DNA of 62,896 nucleotides, filler included, from Nitrospinota bacterium (lineage in GTDB: Bacteria > JADFOP01), in assembly GCA_022562795.1 (NCBI GenBank). It is 5 parts of 5 records of this genome, joined end to end, with 100 filler letters (N's around TTAATTAATTAA, not from the genome) between each part and the next. Parts side by side here need not be neighbours in the genome. Positions count along the whole stretch, not along the records: positions 1 to 23,912 come from JADFOP010000036.1; 4 more parts are not named here. The stretch is one strand, 5' to 3'. Position numbers and translations under genes: made by a program. Every line of letters starts with the position of its first letter. Within the stretch, counting starts at the first letter, position 1. The notes under the pieces were generated by a model that worked only from the letters and a program-made list of their open reading frames with translations, was not told the DNA's origin and did no database searches. Below, piece after piece: positions 1 to 8,612 of this stretch.

Positions 1-1609
1 CCATAACGTGGTCGGGCCGCTCGATGAGGGTGAGGGCCGTCCCCGTGATGGCGCCGTCGGTAAGGCCGGTGCACTCAAGGGAATCGTAGAGGCCGTCGCC
101 GTCAATCGTGACGGGTGTAGCGACCACCGCGTCGGCGCCGGCAGGGGCGCCGGGGGCGGTCACCACGTAGATGACCACTAGCCAGAGGTCGTAGATGCGC
201 AGGCCAAACCCGTCGTCGGGCCGAATCTTCACCTTGACGATTCGATCCAGGGCCGCCCATGATGTCGGGGCCCCCCAGGTCATCTCGGTTATCGCGGCCT
301 TGGGTGAGATTCTGATGCCGTCGATGTAGGCGTCGTTCTTGTTGACGATGTAATTGGTCTCCTCGTACTGGTAGTTGCAGTGGTAGGTGGCTGAGACTAT
401 CTCGCCCGAGTTGGCCAGGGGCCCCCAGTCCTTGAATCTGATCTGAGAATATTGACCGAGCGGGGGGGCGCCCCCCCACGTGGTGCGGTTGGAGTAGGCA
501 AAGGTCGTCTGGTCATCGACGCCCAAATCGTAAGCCTTGACATCATCCAGCCACGAGCCGGGATTGTCGCTCCCCGTCTCATCGTCCGCCGTGGGCTTTT
601 CGTTGTCGGTCGTCTCGCCCGTCTCGTGCTGATGCCTTTGAATTATCGCCGGGGTGTTGAGCTTGAGGCTGACGACCGAGGAGCCGGGCAGCAGGGCGGT
701 GTCTTTCAAATCGAGCGTGTACTCGCCAGCCCCCAAAGCGGTCCCCGCGACGCGGACGCGGCTCACCGTCTTCATCGGGAACGCGGGGCCCAGGTAGGTG
801 TATTCGGTCTTCTTCTCTATCACCGCGCCGCCCCGGTTGTGGAAGACTGCCGTGGTGGAATTCTGGGCGCGCGTCAGCCCGGTCAAGTCGTCGCCGCTCT
901 TGCCCGTGTAAGCTATCTCCTCCTGGCCGACGATGACGGTGCTGCTTGATGGGAAGCGGGTGGCGTCGGAGAGCTCCAGCGGGCCGGTTGAGGCCGATGT
1001 GATGTAGGCCCTGAGCAGGCTCCTCGCCCCGGCGTCGACGGGGTAGACCGGGACATCCTCGACCGTCCCTATGATTGGCCCGCAGACGCGCCCGATCGCC
1101 TCCGGCGCGGCGTTCGGGAAGTCGGTAGTGTTGATTTTATAAAGCGGGAGTGGGTCGCGCTGCGCCATCTCAATCCCGCTCACGATGACCTCAACGGTAT
1201 CGGCGGTGATGGAGGCGGCCTCCTCGGCCTGGCCCACGAAATCGGTGATGAGGTCTGCCGAGGCGTCGGCGCCCTTCATCCACCACTTTATCGTCACCGT
1301 GGCGAAGGCTATCGGGTGGGAGATGAGAAGGTCGGAAAAGCGGGAGAAGCCCGCAACCGTCTTGCTGTTAGCGAAAGAGAGCCTAAGCTCGCGGGGCTCG
1401 TTGGTCTTCGAAAAATCGTCGAAGCCGCCGACGACATCGGGCAGCTCCGTAAGCAGGCCCAAATAATCGTTCCCATCGGGGGCCGAGCTTATCGATTGGT
1501 CCGAGACGCGGATCGTCAACCCGTCGGCAAACGCGACGGTCACGAGAGCCCGCGCGTCTATCCCCCGCATCAAAGATTGGGCCATTGCTGGCGCGGTCAG
1601 GGTTTTCAA
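1..1609 (-). CDS. Putative tail tip/hub protein, 3' end outside the window (>530 aa)
   Basis: Not in the ORF track. Manual translation is open from TTG 1609 (MKTLTAPAMAQSLMRG; alternative ATG 1585) to base 2 (...LTLIERPDHVM). It lies after the tape measure and distal-tail genes. Confidence 0.7.
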   Translation of the reverse strand, partial: MKTLTAPAMAQSLMRGIDARALVTVAFADGLTIRVSDQSISSAPDGNDYLGLLTELPDVVGGFDDFSKTNEPRELRLSFANSKTVAGFSRFSDLLISHPIAFATVTIKWWMKGADASADLITDFVGQAEEAASITADTVEVIVSGIEMAQRDPLPLYKINTTDFPNAAPEAIGRVCGPIIGTVEDVPVYPVDAGARSLLRAYITSASTGPLELSDATRFPSSSTVIVGQEEIAYTGKSGDDLTGLTRAQNSTTAVFHNRGGAVIEKKTEYTYLGPAFPMKTVSRVRVAGTALGAGEYTLDLKDTALLPGSSVVSLKLNTPAIIQRHQHETGETTDNEKPTADDETGSDNPGSWLDDVKAYDLGVDDQTTFAYSNRTTWGGAPPLGQYSQIRFKDWGPLANSGEIVSATYHCNYQYEETNYIVNKNDAYIDGIRISPKAAITEMTWGAPTSWAALDRIVKVKIRPDDGFGLRIYDLWLVVIYVVTAPGAPAGADAVVATPVTIDGDGLYDSLECTGLTDGAITGTALTLIERPDHVM

Positions 1610-1646
1610 AGGCTATGCCTTTCTATCTACCAGGGTAGCTGGCTAC

Positions 1647-1697
1647 TGCGTTAATGGCGCTCGATACAGCTTCATTAGCTGACGAAGCACCGTGGCC
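1647..1697. repeat. 51-bp intercistronic motif, copy A
   Basis: 39/51 ungapped identity to 6209-6259. Confidence 0.75.
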
Positions 1698-1715
1698 TAC
1701 GAGGTAGCCTGCTAC

Positions 1716-2477
1716 TCAATTCGCTTCCCGAAGGTTCAGCTTGATGTTCCAGCGCCCATCGCTCGCCAGAACGACCTGAACGGGCCTAACCAGCTCCATC
1801 CAGTACCGGCTAGTGGACGCGTCCAAATCCCAAAACCAAAACGGCTTTAAGCTGTCGCCGCCCGCCGCCTCTTCGGCGAGTAGGGTGTCCTTGAAGCTGG
1901 TCGGGACGTTGGCGACCTCGATCCGAAGGGTCTTTTGCGTATTGCCCCGCTTGGCTTTGAAGGCGGCGCCCGACGGGCCGCGTAGGACGGTTATGTTAGG
2001 CGCCTTGCCCAAGGCCGCCCCGAAGCGATAATTGCGCTCGAAGGTCTTCTGCTCGGTGAGAAAGAGCTCTCCCACCTCCGGGGCGCTCGAAGGGGCCGTG
2101 ATGCGGAGCCGCCAGTAGCGTTTCGTGAGCGGGCCTCCCGAGACGCTGAGCTCTATCGTCCCCGCCGCCGCGACGAAGGAACCCGCTCCCCCGTCGTAGC
2201 CGCTCCAGACCGCGTTGTCGGGGGAGTGCTCCAGAAAGCAGGTGAGGCCGGTCAGGTTGTGGCCCGCGATGAGGGCTGTATCGACCTTGAATGCGCCAGA
2301 GGCGCCTTGATCTATGTTGATGGCCTTGTCTCCCGAGGCGTCCGCCGCCTTCCAGGGGAAGACGAGGTCTCTGTCGTAGAGGTGCTCCTTCGGGTTTCCG
2401 GACGCGGCATCGGTCACCGTCACGACGGCGCCGCTCTGCTCCAGGAGGTTGGCGAAGGCGAATTGGACGGTGGGCAT
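1716..2477 (-). CDS. Putative distal tail protein
   Basis: 253 aa, beta-rich, directly after the tape measure; RBS GGGGAGGGGG. Function inferred from position. Confidence 0.55.
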   Translation of the reverse strand: MPTVQFAFANLLEQSGAVVTVTDAASGNPKEHLYDRDLVFPWKAADASGDKAINIDQGASGAFKVDTALIAGHNLTGLTCFLEHSPDNAVWSGYDGGAGSFVAAAGTIELSVSGGPLTKRYWRLRITAPSSAPEVGELFLTEQKTFERNYRFGAALGKAPNITVLRGPSGAAFKAKRGNTQKTLRIEVANVPTSFKDTLLAEEAAGGDSLKPFWFWDLDASTSRYWMELVRPVQVVLASDGRWNIKLNLREAN

Positions 2478-2510
2478 TAGGCGCTACCCCCTCCCCGTCC
2501 CATGTTGATG

Positions 2511-2540
2511 GTGTCGGGGTCAGGGGCGACCCCGACTACC
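2511..2540. repeat. REP-like palindrome, family B (GTAGTCGGGGTCGCC...ACCCCGAC)
   Basis: GTAG foot plus hairpin; relatives near 6157, 11091, 12130, 23520 and 29737. Confidence 0.75.
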
Positions 2541-2553
2541 CATATAGGCTGCA

Positions 2554-3282
2554 TCAGGCCGCCCCCCTTCTCTGGTGGCGGGCGACGACCTTGGCTATCT
2601 GGCGGCCGTCGAGGTTGACCGGCACCACGATCGTAATCTCGCTTCCTCCTCCGCCCTCCCTCGCAGCGAGCTCGTCGAAGGCGCGCTGGACCTCGGGAGA
2701 GCGCTCGGCCCGGCTGAACGGGACGACGAGCTCGGCCTGGCCCCTCTCGCTCGTCATCAACAGGGTCGGCTGGGTTGTGACGGCGCCGTGCTGGGCGATA
2801 CCTATATTGGAGAACTGAGCGTCGAATCGGGCCCTAAGCTGCGCCCCCGTCAGGGCGGTCGTAAAGCTAACTGCGCCGAACTCGCCCAGGGCGGATGCGG
2901 CCCGCCGGGCTGACGCCACGATCCGGTTTAGGGCGGCGGTGGATTGATTGATCGAAGAAGCCATCTTGCTCTGGGCGACTGCCGCCTGTCGGGAGACCTG
3001 ACTTATTGCTCCTAAGGCCGACGCAAGGCGGATCGCCTCGACCGTCTCCCCGGCCAGCGCGTTGGTCATCTGCTGGAGCGCGGGGGATGCGGCCTTGATG
3101 GAGGCGGCCAGATCGATGGCCTCGAGCGACCGCTTAACGTTCGTCCCTACGACGCTGATTCTCTGGAGCGCCTGCGAGCCACGCTCGCCCAGACGGGCCA
3201 GGGCCCGCTCGGCCCTGACCGAGGCGCTGGAGACCTCCTCCCGGCCGGTTATTTTAAGGCTGACTTCAAAGGCCTGCGCCAT
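2554..3282 (-). CDS. Short tape measure protein
   Basis: 242 aa, Ala-rich helical. N-terminus FEVSLKITGREEVS and C-terminus SERGQAELVVP...VPVNLDGRQIAKVV are typical of tape measures. Follows the chaperone pair. Confidence 0.75.
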   Translation of the reverse strand: MAQAFEVSLKITGREEVSSASVRAERALARLGERGSQALQRISVVGTNVKRSLEAIDLAASIKAASPALQQMTNALAGETVEAIRLASALGAISQVSRQAAVAQSKMASSINQSTAALNRIVASARRAASALGEFGAVSFTTALTGAQLRARFDAQFSNIGIAQHGAVTTQPTLLMTSERGQAELVVPFSRAERSPEVQRAFDELAAREGGGGSEITIVVPVNLDGRQIAKVVARHQRRGAA

Positions 3283-3949
3283 TACCTCTTCATCCTCTCT
3301 TCAAGCACGTCCGCTACGACTATCTCCAGCAGGGCCAGGGAGCGCCACTCGGCGTGAGTGAGGTCGTCGGGGCCGAACCTGCAGCCCGCCTGGATATGCT
3401 GGCGTATTTCCATAATGTGAAGCGCCCAGCCCTCTGCTCCCCCTGAGGCGGACTGCTCCTCGCCCTTCGCTGCGTCAAGGGGGCAGTCGTCGCAACCTTC
3501 TGCCTCGATCCTCCGCTTGATACAGACATCTTCACCGGGGCACTCCCTGCCTTCTAAGATGCGCCGGAAGGCGCATGCAAGTTTTTTCCCAACTCCTCCT
3601 GATCCTCTGCGGCCACGGCGCTCGATGCCGCTACCGCCTCGACCTTGTGGAGGAGGGGCACGTGGGACTTCCACTCGGAAATCTCGGGCGTGAGCTCCTT
3701 GCCCTCGATGGTGTAGCCCTCTACGCGAACCGCTGTCTGGTCCCAGAGCCATTCGTCGGCCTCGGCCGGGGAGCGTCGCAGGGTCGCCTTGCCTCTGCGG
3801 ACCTCAAACTCGCTCCGCATCCGGCTGTAAGTCCGAAGCTCCGAGGCGGCGGGCTCACGCAGAACGTGAACTAGCCGGTGCTCTTCTCCGCCCCGCTCGG
3901 CGACCAGGTGGATTCTCGTCTCTTGCCAACAGCCTACCTCGTAGCTCAT
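3282..3949 (-). CDS. Tail assembly chaperone GT, -1 programmed frameshift product
   Basis: Slippery G GGA AAA AAC at 3590-3581 moves the 3949-3554 ORF into the -1 frame (KKLACAFRRILEG...MKR), ending at 3282. Confidence 0.75.
3554..3949 (-). CDS. Tail assembly chaperone G
   Basis: ATG 3949 (MSYEVGCWQ) just after the tube stop; ends ELGKNLHAPSGAS. Confidence 0.75.
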   Translation of the reverse strand: MSYEVGCWQETRIHLVAERGGEEHRLVHVLREPAASELRTYSRMRSEFEVRRGKATLRRSPAEADEWLWDQTAVRVEGYTIEGKELTPEISEWKSHVPLLHKVEAVAASSAVAAEDQEELGKNLHAPSGAS

Positions 3950-3959
3950 ATCGGCCCCC

Positions 3960-4988
3960 CTAGGCCATGTAGCTGGCGATGTTGTTGCGCACTGTAATGT
4001 CGAGCGGGTAGCCGCTCGTGGCGTCGTGGAAGACGTTCGCCTCGATATCGTAGACCGCCATGCCGTCCTCAAAGCCCATGGGCAGGGCCCGGTATGAGAG
4101 CCGGGGAAGCGTGATGGTGAGAGTGTGCTTGTAAGCGCCTTCGATGGCAGCCCCAACCGCCGTTATGATGGCCTTCAGGTAGTCGCCTGCCTCGAGGTGG
4201 TCGCGCTCGACGGCGTCGGCTACGAGCAGGCGGAAGGCGAGCTCGACCTCCCGGCGCTTTCCGTACTCAAGCCGGCCCCTGTAGAGCCCGCTGCCGGGGA
4301 AGTAGCCGTCATCTTCCATCGGGTTGTTGGCGACCGATAGGTTGAAGCTCTTAATACGGGAGGAAACGTCCACCTCGCTACCGGTCGGGCCGACTTGGAA
4401 GGTCACCCCGTGCATGCGCAAAAAGCTGCCGGCCGTCACCGACGGCATGGCGAGCGTCGAAGTCTCCCTGTATCCGCTGCCCACCAAATTCACTTTTAGT
4501 TGAAGCCGCCCCGGGCTCTCTGCGGAAATCTCGAAATCGGCGACAGCCAAGTCCCGATACAGGCTTTTCAGCGCAGCGCCGCTGGTGGCCTGCTCGACGA
4601 GGGAGGTCACGGGGAGAGAAACGGAGCTCGTAATGAAGCGGCACTGGTGGTCGTAGGTGTTGGGCGCGCCGACGCTGTCGGGCTGGGATGTGGTCACCTG
4701 GCCCAGTCCGAAGGCCGCCGCCCAGCCGGCCATGAGCGAGGTGAGATCGAAGTTGCGGGTTACTCGGACGTCCCACCGCTCGATCTCCTGCGACTCCGGG
4801 AATCCGCCTGAGGCGACCCCCCGCCCTGCCTGCTCTGAATCTGTCTCGACCGTCGGCGTCCTCACCACCACGTCGGGCCCCTTGAAGGGGGTCGCGAGGG
4901 TGAGGTCGGCGTCGGCGAGCTTCGTCCCATAAGCCGACTGCTTCTTCGTGGAGAAAGCCCAAAGGACGTCAAAATCGCGCTCAGACAT
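3960..4988 (-). CDS. Major tail tube protein (non-contractile type)
   Basis: 342 aa between gp37 and the chaperones; RBS GGAGGAGG; beta-rich (IKSFNLSVANN, LTITLP). Confidence 0.7.
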   Translation of the reverse strand: MSERDFDVLWAFSTKKQSAYGTKLADADLTLATPFKGPDVVVRTPTVETDSEQAGRGVASGGFPESQEIERWDVRVTRNFDLTSLMAGWAAAFGLGQVTTSQPDSVGAPNTYDHQCRFITSSVSLPVTSLVEQATSGAALKSLYRDLAVADFEISAESPGRLQLKVNLVGSGYRETSTLAMPSVTAGSFLRMHGVTFQVGPTGSEVDVSSRIKSFNLSVANNPMEDDGYFPGSGLYRGRLEYGKRREVELAFRLLVADAVERDHLEAGDYLKAIITAVGAAIEGAYKHTLTITLPRLSYRALPMGFEDGMAVYDIEANVFHDATSGYPLDITVRNNIASYMA

Positions 4989-5068
4989 ACATTACCCCTC
5001 CTCCGCCTCGGCGTGCTCCCTTCCCGTATGGACAGGGCGGCCAGGGCCTTCTTAAGGCAAGGCTGCCC

Positions 5069-5542
5069 CTACACAGGAGTAAAATCGACGCTGATTTCAT
5101 ATGTCGCCTCGTAGATTGAAGCATCCCTGGTGTTGATCACGAACCGCTCGGCCACGGGCTCGGGCGGGCCGACGTCCAGGCCCAGGGACTTATTGGCAAT
5201 GAGGCCCCGAACATCCCGGAGCATCTGGTAGGTCCCGGTCATTTCAACGTCACCCCGCCTCTGGGCTTTTTCCCCTCGGAGGTTCCGGGAGGCCACGACC
5301 ACCAGGAAACGCATCGTCTCGTCGTAGACCCCCTTGGCGGACTTGGTATAGCGGCTTGAGTCGTAGACAACGAGCAGGGCGGGGAATAGCTTCAACACCC
5401 GGCTCAAGTCCTCGTCCTCGAGCTCGCCCTGGTAGCTGTCCACGATGCGTGCATAGCCTCCCCCGCCCACCGGGCCGATGGGGGCCGCGTTTATGGCTGC
5501 CAGGATCGCGTCTTCGACCTGCGTTATGGTCTCGTTAGCCAC
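5069..5542 (-). CDS. Mu gp37-like (DUF1834) tail terminator/neck protein
   Basis: ITQVEDAI, VDSYQGEL, PALLVVY, VASRNLRGEKAQR and GTYQML motifs. Confidence 0.8.
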   Translation of the reverse strand: MANETITQVEDAILAAINAAPIGPVGGGGYARIVDSYQGELEDEDLSRVLKLFPALLVVYDSSRYTKSAKGVYDETMRFLVVVASRNLRGEKAQRRGDVEMTGTYQMLRDVRGLIANKSLGLDVGPPEPVAERFVINTRDASIYEATYEISVDFTPV

Positions 5543-5552
5543 GTTGTTCCCT

Positions 5553-5625
5553 TGTAGGGACAGCCTTTAGGCTGTCCGGCCTTTAGTGCCCCAAGCCCGC
5601 GGACAGGGTGAACCCTGTCCCTACA
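5553..5625. repeat. REP doublet (REPIN-like), family A
   Basis: TGTAGGGACAGCCTTTAGGCTGTCC ... GGACAGGGTGAACCCTGTCCCTACA, matching the pair beside the RAYT gene. Confidence 0.9.
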
Positions 5626-5651
5626 CAGCTGATGACGACCCATCTGACACG

Positions 5652-6110
5652 CTAAATCCCACCCGCCAGGTGCTCCCCGACTATTCTGGCGATTACTTCC
5701 ACGTCGGACTTTTGGAAGACAAGATAGGGCCTGGCGGGGATTGTGGTCGCGTGGCCCCGCCCGGCCCGGCCACCGAACTGGTGTATCCGGGCGTATATGA
5801 CGTTCGATCCAACCGCGAGTTCATCTCGCTCCGCCCTGAAGGTGATGGAGCCCATAAGCCTCCCGGTATCGACCAGTAGCTTCGTCTTGGGCGCCTTGGC
5901 CTTGAGCGTCGCCGAAGCCAACGGTTTCCATCTCGTGGGCCTCCCTCCGGCCCTGAAGTTCTCCCTGATTGAGCGGAGCATGTGGAAGCCCCCGGCCCGA
6001 AGGGGGACGGTAAGGTCCTTCGCCCTTTCCCGGATGCCCCGCAGCGCGGCCTCTGCTCCGCCTAAGGCGGACAAGCCCTCAACGTTGATGTGGACCGAAA
6101 ATCCTGACAT
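5652..6110 (-). CDS. Phage virion morphogenesis protein (Mu gpG / tail completion family)
   Basis: WKPL, LVDTGRLMGSI, VGSNVIYARIHQFGG and IPARPYL motifs. Confidence 0.92.
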   Translation of the reverse strand: MSGFSVHINVEGLSALGGAEAALRGIRERAKDLTVPLRAGGFHMLRSIRENFRAGGRPTRWKPLASATLKAKAPKTKLLVDTGRLMGSITFRAERDELAVGSNVIYARIHQFGGRAGRGHATTIPARPYLVFQKSDVEVIARIVGEHLAGGI

Positions 6111-6156
6111 AAGATGTCCTCCAGGGACCGCATCGCGGTCCGTGGCCTTTCGAGAA

Positions 6157-6204
6157 GGTGTCGGGGTGCTGCAGGCAGCCTTGGCTGGCGACTCCGACTA
6201 CCCG
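6157..6204. repeat. REP-like palindrome, family B
   Basis: Near reverse complement of 11090-11136. Confidence 0.8.
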
Positions 6205-6208
6205 GACT

Positions 6209-6259
6209 TGCGTTAATGTTGCTAGATACAGTTTCGATTGCTGATAAGGCATCGTAGCC
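6209..6259. repeat. 51-bp intercistronic motif, copy B
   Basis: Matches 1647-1697; lies just 3' of the gp36 stop. Confidence 0.75.
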
Positions 6260-6261
6260 CC

Positions 6262-6708
6262 CTAAAAATTGTCCAGGGTGCCGGTCGTATCGCCTTTCTT
6301 ACTGGTGAAAACCCGATCCGCCTTCTTCCGCGTCGTCTGCACCTCCTCGTCGTGGGTCTCGGCCGGGGGCGCCTCTACGCCGAGCGACGCCTCGCCGCGG
6401 GCAAGCGCCTTGAGCAACTTTGTGGCGTCCTCGTAGCGCTTCGTGCGGACGGGGGCGTCGAGGTCTCGCCTCGAGTAGAGGTTGTAGATTGCGACATCCA
6501 CCGATAGCTTGCGGATCAGGCCGGGTACTGGGCTAAGCGGCACCGTGTAGCGCTCCTGAAGGTGAGAGTTGACCTCGTCGTCGGCGTCCGCGATGGCTCT
6601 GGCGACGACGTTTGAGTCCACCTGGCCCGCGCCGGAGTCGTCGGTCAGCTGGATAAGCTCGCTCTCAGAGAGCTGGTCCTCAATGTCCGACTGGGTAATA
6701 TAGGCCAA
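6262..6708 (-). CDS. Mu gp36-like (DUF1320) head-tail adaptor
   Basis: MAYITQSDI, ELIQLTD, AIADADDEVNSHLQERYTVPL, DVAIYNL, RYEDATKLLK. Confidence 0.92.
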   Translation of the reverse strand: MAYITQSDIEDQLSESELIQLTDDSGAGQVDSNVVARAIADADDEVNSHLQERYTVPLSPVPGLIRKLSVDVAIYNLYSRRDLDAPVRTKRYEDATKLLKALARGEASLGVEAPPAETHDEEVQTTRKKADRVFTSKKGDTTGTLDNF

Positions 6709-6711
6709 GGG

Positions 6712-7044
6712 TTAATCCTCCTTCAGCTCGCCCAATCGTTTCTCGGCGGCTCTAATGACCGTCCGGCGCCGACGGGTTGAGCTCTCCCAATCGAGAACGG
6801 CCTGCACGGCGACAGCATCCTCCAGGCCCTCGATGTGCTCTCTCAGCTCCCTTGCCCCAGTGGCCCATGTGGGCCCTTCTTGCTCCTCGACCTCTTCGAC
6901 GACGAGCCAGGGGTCGTTCAGGATGGCTTCGGTCATCTCCTGCTCGGCAAGGAGGACCGGCTCGGGCGTGAAGGCCCTGCCGCTTCGCCGGTAGAGGCCA
7001 CTGGGGTGGCTGGCTCTGAGAGAGGTTTTATACGCGCGATTCAC
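6712..7044 (-). CDS. Mu gp35/HI1506-related small head-associated protein
   Basis: LYRRSGRAFT...AILNDPWLVVEE, between capsid and gp36. Confidence 0.65.
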   Translation of the reverse strand: MNRAYKTSLRASHPSGLYRRSGRAFTPEPVLLAEQEMTEAILNDPWLVVEEVEEQEGPTWATGARELREHIEGLEDAVAVQAVLDWESSTRRRRTVIRAAEKRLGELKED

Positions 7045-7066
7045 GATTGCAATCTCCCTATAAGCC

Positions 7067-7999
7067 TTATACGAAGGTAGTCAGCACGGCGTTTTGCCAC
7101 AGGCCGTAGCCGACGTTGTAGCGGGCTTCGGCGCCGAAAAACATGTGCTTTCGCATGAAGCGCGCGTAGTCGACGTCCTCGCCCTCCCTGACGCCAACCT
7201 GGAGGAGCTTGACGGCCTCTCGCATCTGGAAGATGAAGGGCTTAAGGAAGGTATCGGTCTTGAAGAGATACCACTTGGCCCCGGCCGTCAGGTGCGGGTT
7301 GACGATCAGGTCGGCCGCATCGCTGAGGATGTTGGTCTCGCCACCGCTCAAGGTATCTTGCTTGAGCGTCTTCTCCGCCACGCCCCACAGCGCCGGGGGA
7401 ACCATGACGAGGAGCCCCGATTGAGCCTCTTCGTGGAAGGGCTCGCCCCTGTCGTCTTTGAAGAGCGCCAGGACGACTCTGGTCGCATCGAAGGCGGCCG
7501 CAAACTCCGCTTGAGTCACGGCGTTTGGGTCGGCGGCGTTGTAGGTGCGGTCGTTATCCTGCGTGCCGCTCTCGCCTTCGGAGTGGTCGGTGTCGAAGAA
7601 GAACTGGCCGTCGTAGCAGAGCGTGGACTCGCCGTCTTTGATAAGCTGGGAGACGAGCTTGTTGGGGTGGACCTTCGCCCGCTCGGCCAGGTCCTGGACG
7701 CGAATCTGAATCGCTCCTATCTGGTCGTCCTTGAAGGCGTTCCTATCGACTGCGATCGTGGACTCCCAGTCTTTGTTGACGATGGTGTACTGGTGGTCGA
7801 GCAGCCCCTTGGGCACCCGCTCGTCTTCCCACTCCCGCATGGCGGGGGCGCTTCCGAGCCAGCCGTACTTCTCCTGTGAAGAGCTGCTCGGAACCTCGGT
7901 GGCTATCTTCGGCCAGAAGGCCTCGGCCGAATGGTAGGCGCTAAGGAAGTGCGCCTGGAGGCCCTTGGTCACTACAATTGGACTGACAACGTCGCCCAT
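7067..7999 (-). CDS. Mu-like major capsid protein gpT
   Basis: YGWLGSAPAMREW, YTIVNKDWESTIAVDRN, CYDGQFFFDTDH, KPFIFQMR, ARYNVGYGLWQ. Confidence 0.95.
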   Translation of the reverse strand: MGDVVSPIVVTKGLQAHFLSAYHSAEAFWPKIATEVPSSSSQEKYGWLGSAPAMREWEDERVPKGLLDHQYTIVNKDWESTIAVDRNAFKDDQIGAIQIRVQDLAERAKVHPNKLVSQLIKDGESTLCYDGQFFFDTDHSEGESGTQDNDRTYNAADPNAVTQAEFAAAFDATRVVLALFKDDRGEPFHEEAQSGLLVMVPPALWGVAEKTLKQDTLSGGETNILSDAADLIVNPHLTAGAKWYLFKTDTFLKPFIFQMREAVKLLQVGVREGEDVDYARFMRKHMFFGAEARYNVGYGLWQNAVLTTFV

Positions 8000-8020
8000 G
8001 ATTTGTCACCTCCCTTGTGG

Positions 8021-8527
8021 TTAAGCGTTCAGCAGGGTTTTAAGCTCGTTGATGAGGTCGGCCTCAGGCTGGCCGTAAGTGGCGTCGGCGTTGGCGACCA
8101 GAGCCGCAGCTCTTCGCTCGAACGCCGGCTCGATGTCGATCCAACCCTTGGTGGCCGAGACGTATTCTGCGAGACGCCCGGCCATGATGCCGTTGGTGCC
8201 GGTGGCGTCGTCGAAGGTCTGGTCGTCCACGACGTACATCATCGAGCCGACCATCGCCTGGGTTATGGAGCTGGCGTCCAAGAGGAAGACGCCCTTCCGA
8301 TAACACCGGCACTTGACGGCCCCGTCGGCTCCGGCCGAGTTGTCTTTCTTCTCGTAGGCCACGAGGCCGCCTCTAAGGTTCGCCGCATCCGAGGCGGGCA
8401 CCAGGTAGCCTCCTGAGTCGATGGCTACTAAGGCCCCCTTGTATATTGTGGTTGCCCCCTTCACAGGAATGGCCAGAAGAACGCCATCCTTGCGGTCTGT
8501 TTCCCTGTTCTGTGTCAGTGCTGCCAT
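8021..8527 (-). CDS. Capsid decoration/cement protein
   Basis: MAALTQNRET, TIYKGALV, DNSAGADG, YVVDDQT; located between protease and capsid. Confidence 0.8.
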   Translation of the reverse strand: MAALTQNRETDRKDGVLLAIPVKGATTIYKGALVAIDSGGYLVPASDAANLRGGLVAYEKKDNSAGADGAVKCRCYRKGVFLLDASSITQAMVGSMMYVVDDQTFDDATGTNGIMAGRLAEYVSATKGWIDIEPAFERRAAALVANADATYGQPEADLINELKTLLNA

Positions 8528-8612
8528 GCTTTACCCTCCTCTCCGCTTCAGGCGTATAATTGGCGCCGAAAAAGGCCTCACCGGCCCGCCTGAGGCGTCC
8601 GCCTAAGGCGGT

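Noticed and set aside
1647-1715. Hammerhead ribozyme (CTGACGA present)
   Set aside because: No GAAA after a stem II, and the second copy has CTGATAA, breaking the core.
3960-5542. Contractile tailocin or eCIS interpretation of the phage-like operon
   Set aside because: No sheath gene, and a full head module is present.
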